From Promethearchaeota archaeon (GTDB lineage Archaea > Asgardarchaeota > Lokiarchaeia > Sigyniarchaeales > SOKP01): 22,475 bases of DNA. The stretch is from assembly GCA_048938005.1 (NCBI GenBank), contig JBHLMQ010000031.1:1-22475 (forward strand), read 5' to 3'. This document shows, in pieces, positions 16,043 through 22,475 of the stretch. The translations under genes were made by a program, and so were the position numbers. Positions within the stretch are counted from its first letter, which is position 1; each line of letters opens with the position of its first letter. The notes beneath the pieces are model-generated. The model was not told where the DNA came from. It ran no database searches and worked only from the letters and a program-made list of their open reading frames with translations.

Positions 16043-17332
16043 TTATTTTCGTAGGAAAAACAAAACTGTTGGTATTAAATTTCCTTTTAGTGATAATCTC
16101 TCATTTCTTGCAAGATTTACAAGTTGTGATGCCATAGAATTGATTAACTGTTCAGCTGAATCTAAATTAAATAGTTTTCTATATGTAGGATCATCTGGAT
16201 TTGATATAATTGTTTTTTGCCATTGAAGTCCTAAAGCATTAGCTTGAAGTTGCAATCCTGCTAGTGCCATACCTGCCTCAACCTCCGCCCAATATCGGGT
16301 ATTCATAAAAGCTTTTCCAATTTTGCTATGCATAAACCCTGAGCATGGTTTTTTTCTATCAATACATAATAGAATTGCATAATTTGAAAAATCAAAACCT
16401 AATTCTTTTTCAATTTCAGATTTATTATTATTAGAGGTATATTTTTGTATAAAATGGTCATAATTTTTCTTATCATTAACCTCAATCCACCTATTTAATG
16501 CAGAAAATCCAACTGGATTATAAATGTATTTACCTTTTGGTACACCAGTGAGATCATCTATAATAACTATTGGATATACTGAATAACCCGCACATCCCGA
16601 TGCATGAACACGACCATAACCATTTTTCTCTAGAATATCTCGATTACCGTGAGTTGCATGATCATTTTCCCCTTGGCATGCCCATAGTAATTGCGAGATT
16701 TCATTTAATGTATATCTAGGTGTCTTCTTCTCAATTTTATTAAAGATTGCATCATCTAAAGGGACACCTTCATATTTATTTTCATAAATTGCACGATCTT
16801 TATAACATTCTGGAGTTTCAAGGAGATAAGTCCCTTTTTCTAGATCTTTTTGAAGAGGTTCCAATGTATCCTCAATTAATGCCCCCCGATCTCGTTCTCG
16901 GACTGCGATGGAATACAAAAGAACATAATTCTTATTTGTAACATTATTAAGTAATTTATTCAATTTTTTCGGAGGTCTTGCACGTTGTGATACTCCAAGC
17001 CCTATGCTCCCCACTTTTAATGAGAGATACTGCCAAATAAGTCCTACATGAATTAATTCAGTTAACTTAATTGTTTCTCTCCAGATCAGTTCTGGATAGA
17101 GTTCCAGTGAATATTGCGTTTTTTCTTTATCTGTAATTAACATTAGCTCATTTGCTTTATACAAATATATTCCACCCGAATAGTCTTTACTATCAGGCAA
17201 GACAACAAATAAAGATTTTGAAGGGGCTGCTTGGTTGGTCGATTTACAAATATTCAGGATCTCAGTTAGCGATAGAATTCGACTCTTCCCTGAGCAGTCT
17301 TTACGACTTGCTAAACATACTTGTAAACTCAA
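16043..17332 (-). CDS. Nitroreductase-superfamily (SagB/ThcOx-like) protein, apparently two tandem domains
   Basis: The C-terminal half has LNEISQLLWACQG, RVHASGCAGYSVYP, GKYIYNP and EAGMALAGLQLQANALGL, matching the SagB-type pattern. The N-terminal half shows a degenerate copy (AAPS, GIYLY, VGLIWQYLSLKVGSIGLG). Confidence 0.7.
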   Translation of the reverse strand: MSLQVCLASRKDCSGKSRILSLTEILNICKSTNQAAPSKSLFVVLPDSKDYSGGIYLYKANELMLITDKEKTQYSLELYPELIWRETIKLTELIHVGLIWQYLSLKVGSIGLGVSQRARPPKKLNKLLNNVTNKNYVLLYSIAVRERDRGALIEDTLEPLQKDLEKGTYLLETPECYKDRAIYENKYEGVPLDDAIFNKIEKKTPRYTLNEISQLLWACQGENDHATHGNRDILEKNGYGRVHASGCAGYSVYPIVIIDDLTGVPKGKYIYNPVGFSALNRWIEVNDKKNYDHFIQKYTSNNNKSEIEKELGFDFSNYAILLCIDRKKPCSGFMHSKIGKAFMNTRYWAEVEAGMALAGLQLQANALGLQWQKTIISNPDDPTYRKLFNLDSAEQLINSMASQLVNLARNERLSLKGNLIPTVLFFLRK

Positions 17333-17412
17333 TTCTATCCCTTTTTTTATTATTCATTTAACTGTAGAAATTTATTTCAAATTAAGTTTATGATAAGTGA
17401 TTTTTAGAGAAA

Positions 17413-17432
17413 TTTCCCATAAATATGGGAAA
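17413..17432. promoter_or_regulatory. Perfect inverted repeat TTTCCCATA-AA-TATGGGAAA, candidate regulator binding site
   Basis: Perfect 9-bp arms with a 2-nt spacer in the divergent intergenic region, immediately upstream of a purine-rich BRE-like stretch and TATA-like TTTTTTATAT (17441-17450). Confidence 0.6.
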
Positions 17433-17559
17433 AGGTAAAATTTTTTATATAACTTAGATGTTTAAAATAAGATTAAAATATTTTTAAAATCGTTCTGAGT
17501 TATTTAAACAGAGAAATTATTTAATTAAATGAATAGATTTATGAAAAGAGGAAAATTAT

Positions 17560-19140
17560 ATGACTTGGCTTAATATTGGTGAAATAATTAATGTTAATGC
17601 TAATAAATATCCAAATAAACTTGCTCTGAAGGATGGAAGACGCCAATTAACATTTAAAGAATTGAATAAAAGAACTAACAAACTTGCTAATGGAATTCTT
17701 AAAAGTGGAATAAAAAAAGGTGATAAAATAGCAATTTTATCTAACAATTCAATTGAATTTATGGAAATCTATGTAGCAGCAGCTAAAGGAGGTTTTATTA
17801 TCGTTCCATTAAATTTTCGTCTACATCCAGATGATATTTCATTTATAATTAATAATTCAGATGCAAAATGGTTATTTGTAGAATCTCGATTCTATGAAGC
17901 TACTGAAAAAATATGGCAAAGAGCGAAAGAATTAGGATTTGAGAATATTGAACGCGTATTAATATCAGATAACCCAGCAGAAGGTTGGAAATATTATGAA
18001 GATCTTGTAGAAATGGGTGAAAACAGTTATCCCTCAAATGAAGTTAATACAGAAGATACATGGGTAATTCTCTATACTTCTGGTACAACAGGAAAACCAA
18101 AAGGTGTTATTCGTTCACATCGTTCTTATATAGCCTTTTTCTTAATTAATGAAGCAGAATTCTCTTTTACTCCTCAAGATTATGGTATGATTTTAATGCC
18201 ATTATCGCATGTAAATTCCACATTCTATTCATTTGTTTTTACTTATTTAGGAGCTCCTGTTTATATTCATATTGAATATAAATTTGATCCAGAGGAAGTT
18301 TTAAAAATAATAGATCGTGAGAAAATAACTTTTACATCGATGATCCCTACCCATTATAATCTAATATTAAGTCTTCCAGAAGAAGTAAAGCAAAAATATG
18401 ATCTTAGCTGTGTTAAAACATTATTAACTTCTTCGGCTCCTGCGACTAAACAAATGAAGCTAGATGTAATGAAACTTTTTAATAAGACGAAACTTTTTGA
18501 AGCTTACGGGTCAACAGAAGCAGGACTTGTTACACTCCTTAGACCCGAAGATCAGATGAGTAAATTAGGATCAATTGGAAAAGAATGCATTGGAACTGAT
18601 TGTATTAAATTATTGGGTGAAGATGGCAAACCTGTACCTATAGGTGAGATTGGTGAATTATATTCTCGCGGACCGCAAATGTTTGATAAGTACTATAAAT
18701 TACCAGAAAAAACAAAACAAGCTTTTATTGGAGAATATTTTAGTGCTGGCGATATGGGAAAAATAGATGAAGATGGTTTTTATTATCTTGTGGATAGGAA
18801 AGCTAATATGATTATAACTGGTGGAGAGCATGTTTATCCATCCGAAGTTGAAAAAGTTTTGGTTTCAAATCCATCGGTTATTGAATGTGCTGTGATTGGC
18901 TTACAAGATTATAAATGGGGAGAAAGAGTTACGGCCGTTTGTATTTTAAATAAAGACGTTATACCTTCAGATGAACTAACTAATGAGCTCCATCAATATT
19001 GCGAGGATAAGTTGGCCAGATTTAAAATCCCAAAACAGGTATTATACATTAATTCAGAAGAGATGCCTAGAACTGGCTCTGGAAAAGTTATACACAGAAT
19101 TTTACGTGAACGATTTAATAAACAACTTAATAATAAATAA
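17560..19140 (+). CDS. AMP-forming acyl/aryl-CoA ligase (ANL superfamily)
   Basis: YTSGTTGKPKG, YGSTEAG, SAGDMG, DRKANMIITGGEHVYPSEVE, PRTGSGKV; GAGG upstream. The substrate cannot be determined from motifs. Confidence 0.93.
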   Translation: MTWLNIGEIINVNANKYPNKLALKDGRRQLTFKELNKRTNKLANGILKSGIKKGDKIAILSNNSIEFMEIYVAAAKGGFIIVPLNFRLHPDDISFIINNSDAKWLFVESRFYEATEKIWQRAKELGFENIERVLISDNPAEGWKYYEDLVEMGENSYPSNEVNTEDTWVILYTSGTTGKPKGVIRSHRSYIAFFLINEAEFSFTPQDYGMILMPLSHVNSTFYSFVFTYLGAPVYIHIEYKFDPEEVLKIIDREKITFTSMIPTHYNLILSLPEEVKQKYDLSCVKTLLTSSAPATKQMKLDVMKLFNKTKLFEAYGSTEAGLVTLLRPEDQMSKLGSIGKECIGTDCIKLLGEDGKPVPIGEIGELYSRGPQMFDKYYKLPEKTKQAFIGEYFSAGDMGKIDEDGFYYLVDRKANMIITGGEHVYPSEVEKVLVSNPSVIECAVIGLQDYKWGERVTAVCILNKDVIPSDELTNELHQYCEDKLARFKIPKQVLYINSEEMPRTGSGKVIHRILRERFNKQLNNK

Positions 19141-19185
19141 GAAATTTACAAAATAACAATTATGTATTAAATTGGGTTAAAAAAA

Positions 19186-20394
19186 ATGTCTTTTAAAAAT
19201 GCGTACATACCTTATGGGCAGTATTGGAGTACTCCTTTTAGTAGGTGGCAAATGAGTTTTCAAAATCTTCATGCTATAAAATTTGCGGCAGATATAACGA
19301 CTAGATTTCTAAATAGTAGAGAAATCTCGCCTAATGAATTTGATGAAGTTATATTAGGTATTACTATTCCCCAGTTATATTGCTTTTATGGAGGTCCTTG
19401 GTTAGCAAGTATGATTGGAGCTAAGCACGTGACCGGACCTATGATTAGCCAAGCATGTGCTACAGGAACTAATTGCATTTCGATTGCTGCGCAGAATATA
19501 GAAACCGGAATAAATAAAAATATTCTCGTAATAACCGCAGATAGATGTTCCAATGGACCTCATCTTGTGTATCCAAATCCTCAAGCCCCTGGAAGCACAT
19601 TAGATGCAGAAAATTGGGTATGGGATAATTTTGGTCGAGATCCTTTCGCTAAAAATGCAATGGTAGAAACAGCAGAGAATGTAGCCAAAGAAATAGGAAT
19701 TAATAAAGAAGAACAAGACAAACTCACCATGATGCGTTATAATCAGTATCAAGATGCTTTGAAGAACAATAGAGCGTTCCAAAAAAATTATATGATAGAG
19801 CCAATTGAGGTTAAAGATCGTTCTGGTCGAAAAGTATTGGCAACTGTAGAAGGTGATGAAGGTATATATCCAACAACTATGGAAGGCCTGTCAAAACTTA
19901 AACCAGTACTTCCAGAAGGCACAGTTTCTTATGGAACTCAAACACACCCAGCAGATGCAAATTGTGGTATTATCGTCGCAACAAAAGAAAAAGCACAACA
20001 ATTAAGAAAAAGAAATGATGTTGAGATTAAAATAATATCTTATGGAGAATATAAAACAAAGAAAGGATATATGGCTATGGCTATTATCCCTGCTGCTAAT
20101 AAAGCTTTGAACAATGCAGGGATTTCTATAAAGGATGTTTCAGTAATTAAAACACATAATCCTTTTGCCGTTAATGATATATATTTCTGTAAGGAGATGG
20201 ATATTAATTGGAAGGATATGAATAATTATGGAAGTTCACTTATATATGGTCATCCCCAAGCACCAACAATGATGAGAATAATAATCGAATTAATAGAAGA
20301 ATTGGTAGAGCAGGGCGGAGGATATGGACTTGCAGACGGTTGCGCTGCGGGTGATACTGCAGCAGCTCTAGTCTTGGAAATAATTGTAGATTGA
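19186..20394 (+). CDS. Thiolase-family protein (atypical HNPF motif)
   Basis: QACATG nucleophile Cys, DEGI, LKPV, THPADANCG, KTHNPFAVND, YGSSLIYGHPQAPT, GCAAGD. Confidence 0.88.
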   Translation: MSFKNAYIPYGQYWSTPFSRWQMSFQNLHAIKFAADITTRFLNSREISPNEFDEVILGITIPQLYCFYGGPWLASMIGAKHVTGPMISQACATGTNCISIAAQNIETGINKNILVITADRCSNGPHLVYPNPQAPGSTLDAENWVWDNFGRDPFAKNAMVETAENVAKEIGINKEEQDKLTMMRYNQYQDALKNNRAFQKNYMIEPIEVKDRSGRKVLATVEGDEGIYPTTMEGLSKLKPVLPEGTVSYGTQTHPADANCGIIVATKEKAQQLRKRNDVEIKIISYGEYKTKKGYMAMAIIPAANKALNNAGISIKDVSVIKTHNPFAVNDIYFCKEMDINWKDMNNYGSSLIYGHPQAPTMMRIIIELIEELVEQGGGYGLADGCAAGDTAAALVLEIIVD

Positions 20395-20455
20395 ATTAAA
20401 ATTTCATTATTTACTTTTTTAAAATTACCAGTAAACAGGTGGTGAGGCATCTTTA

Positions 20456-21682
20456 ATGCTTAGAAAGAAAATAAGAGTAGTAAAAGAATTAAACGAACTA
20501 ATGTCTGACTATTATCATGAATTAGACCATGCCTCTAAAAGTGATGAGAGGAAAATCGCTTGGTGTTCGAGTGTTGGTCCAGCCGAAATCTTAAGAAGTC
20601 TGGATTTTGAAGTATATTTTCCAGAAAATCATAGTGCTATGTTAGGCTCTACTCGAATGGCTACAGATTTAATTCCATACGCTAACGCAATAGGATATTC
20701 ACCTGAAATTTGTTCTTACCTAACTGCTGATATAGGTGCATATTTAAAACAAGTAACTCCATTATCAAAAGCCTATCCTGATATCAAAAGTATTCCAAAA
20801 CCTGATGTGCTTGTCTTTAACACAAATCAATGTCGAGAGGTTCAGGATTGGTTTGATTGGTTTGCAAATGAATATCACGTCCCATTAGTCGGTATTTCTA
20901 CTCCTAGAACTGTTGGAGAAATTACGGATGCACATATTGAATTTATAACAAAACAGATGGAAGAGCTTGTTCATCAGTTAGAGAAAATTTCAAATATCAA
21001 ATTTGAAATTAATAAACTTAAAGAGATTGTATCACTCTCGCGTGAATGTTCTGAACTCTGGAAAAAAGTTTTAGATACAGCTGCTAACAGGCCTTCACCT
21101 TTCACTTTCTTTGATGGAACCATCCACATGGCACCTGCTGTAGTTATGAGAGGAACCCAACAAGCTGTAGATTACTATAAAATTCTATTAGCAGAACTAC
21201 AAGAGAGAGTAGAAAATCAAATCGGAGCTGTTGATAATGAACTTTTTAGGCTTTATTGGGAAGGAATGCCAATATGGGGAAGACTAAGGCACTATTCTGA
21301 ATTATTTGCTAGTCTTAAAGCATGTGTTGTTGCTTCAACTTATTGTAATAGCTGGATTTTTTCAGCCTTTGATGAAAAAGATCCTTTTAAGAGTATGGCA
21401 AAAGCTTATACTGAACTGTTTATTGTACGCTCGGATGAATATAAAGAAAATTATCTCAAAAAAATGGTAGAGTTCTTTAAAATTGATGGAATTGTCTTTC
21501 ATGATGCAAAAACATGTCCACATAATACTAACTCTAGATATGGAATGCCCCAAAGACTCGAGTTAGAAACAGGGGTACCAAATTTGATCATAAACGGAGA
21601 TTTAAATGACCTTAGATGTCTTTCTGATGAACAATCGAGAACAAGCATAGAGGCTTTTATTGAGCAACTAGAAGAAAGTTAA
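20456..21682 (+). CDS. 2-hydroxyacyl-CoA dehydratase / benzoyl-CoA reductase family subunit (BcrB/BadE/HgdA/FldB-type)
   Basis: FPENH, GYSPEICSYLTADIG, IPKPDVLV...NQC...WF, RLYWEGMPIW, DAKTC, GDLND, IEAFIEQL; GGTGGTGAGG ribosome-binding site upstream. Confidence 0.88.
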   Translation: MLRKKIRVVKELNELMSDYYHELDHASKSDERKIAWCSSVGPAEILRSLDFEVYFPENHSAMLGSTRMATDLIPYANAIGYSPEICSYLTADIGAYLKQVTPLSKAYPDIKSIPKPDVLVFNTNQCREVQDWFDWFANEYHVPLVGISTPRTVGEITDAHIEFITKQMEELVHQLEKISNIKFEINKLKEIVSLSRECSELWKKVLDTAANRPSPFTFFDGTIHMAPAVVMRGTQQAVDYYKILLAELQERVENQIGAVDNELFRLYWEGMPIWGRLRHYSELFASLKACVVASTYCNSWIFSAFDEKDPFKSMAKAYTELFIVRSDEYKENYLKKMVEFFKIDGIVFHDAKTCPHNTNSRYGMPQRLELETGVPNLIINGDLNDLRCLSDEQSRTSIEAFIEQLEES

Positions 21683-21763
21683 AAAACTCAGTTTAAGAAA
21701 AATAATAAAAAATTTTTAAGTAATTATAAATAAAAAAATTTGAAAGAAAGAGCGATATAAAAA

Positions 21764-22234
21764 ATGGTTAATAAAATAAAAGCTATTGAAATAAAGAATT
21801 ATATTGGGAAAGAATTTCGCACAAAATGGTATCGTGTTACCCAAGTGGCTATAAATAAATTTGCAGATCTAACTAAAGACCACCAGTATATTCATATCAA
21901 CCCAGAAAGAGCAAAAAAATCAATTTATGGAGAAACAGTTGCTCATGGGTTCTTCGTTTTATCTATGCTAGGTTTCTTTACCTTACAAGATGGTGAAAGA
22001 GATTCAATGCAATTTTATGTAATTGATGCAAAAGCAATCCTTAATTATGGTTTTGATAAAATTAGATTTATATCTGCTGTTCCTGTTGGTTCATATATTC
22101 GAGATGTTTCTTTTATTTCAAAAGTTGAATTAGTAAAACGTGGTATGAAATTTACTTCACATCACACTATTGAAATCAAAGGACAAGATAAACCTGCGCT
22201 TATATGCGATTGGATAAATTTACTTATTCTATAA
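21764..22234 (+). CDS. MaoC-family dehydratase, NodN-like subgroup
   Basis: FADLTKDHQYIHINPERA, TVAHGFFVLS, LNYGFDKIRFISAVPVGS, KPALI. Confidence 0.92.
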   Translation: MVNKIKAIEIKNYIGKEFRTKWYRVTQVAINKFADLTKDHQYIHINPERAKKSIYGETVAHGFFVLSMLGFFTLQDGERDSMQFYVIDAKAILNYGFDKIRFISAVPVGSYIRDVSFISKVELVKRGMKFTSHHTIEIKGQDKPALICDWINLLIL

Positions 22235-22415
22235 ACAAAAATTACCAAGATTTATTTACGATAGAGAATTAGTAAATGCTTCACCTTGAAATTATAACTT
22301 GTAATAAATTTTCAATTTTATATATTTCTCCTGAGTTTGGACTTAAAATTAATGAATTCTCTCTGTTCTTTTTTATGGAAAATAGTCTTAATAAAAAAAG
22401 AATTCGATTTAAAGA

Positions 22416-22475
22416 TTATTTTTCTCTTGATTTCGCAAGCAATTTCTTTCTCGTAAGATAAATTCCAACTATAGT
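22416..22475 (-). CDS. Probable 3' end of a gene entering from the right; C-terminal membrane anchor followed by a basic tail (partial)
   Basis: Minus-strand frame from 22475 reads TIVGIYLTRKKLLAKSREK-stop (TAA at 22418-22416): a hydrophobic end followed by Lys/Arg. Only 19 codons are visible. Confidence 0.45.
   Translation of the reverse strand, partial: TIVGIYLTRKKLLAKSREK

Noticed and set aside
16043-17332. SagB-like gene as part of an azole-RiPP biosynthetic cluster
   Set aside because: No YcaO cyclodehydratase, Cys/Ser/Thr-rich precursor or exporter in the window.
20392-20455. Selenocysteine readthrough of the thiolase TGA stop
   Set aside because: The protein is already complete at normal thiolase length, the TGA is not at a cysteine position, and I could not identify a SECIS-like hairpin.
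16747-21553. Short ORFs at 16747-16941, 17152-17361, 17556-17747, 19402-19584, 19600-19782, 20250-20450 and 21362-21553
   Set aside because: All overlap longer conserved genes on the opposite strand and have no independent support.
22276-22461. 61-aa plus-strand ORF
   Set aside because: F/N/K/I-rich composition expected from AT-rich non-coding DNA, no ribosome-binding site, and it overlaps the more plausible minus-strand gene end at 22416-22475.

Overview
AT-rich (roughly 30% GC by eye), densely coding window with 21 complete CDS and one partial, dominated by anaerobic aromatic and acyl-CoA metabolism. The core is a nine-gene minus-strand cluster (12295->2210), oah-dch-had-bzdN-bzdO-bzdP-bzdQ-bzdM-bzdV. 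It encodes the central benzoyl-CoA dearomatisation pathway with an ATP-dependent class I (bzd-type) benzoyl-CoA reductase, its ferredoxin and a BzdV-like NAD(P)H:ferredoxin oxidoreductase. It abuts, tail to tail, an etfBA pair whose EtfA carries a ferredoxin domain. Further right are a small divergent CxxC protein, an M29 aminopeptidase, two tandem MaoC/PhaJ-like hydratases with a duplicated promoter, a membrane protein and a two-domain SagB/nitroreductase-like protein. A second plus-strand module follows: CoA ligase, atypical thiolase, orphan BcrB/HgdA-type subunit and NodN-like MaoC. GGTGA-type ribosome-binding sites, TATA-like boxes, apparently leaderless genes and many TTG starts suggest an archaeal host, possibly Asgard/Lokiarchaeia-like; this is inference and was not verified. 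No RNA genes, CRISPR arrays or mobile elements were seen. All family calls come from motif recognition by eye, not from database searches.
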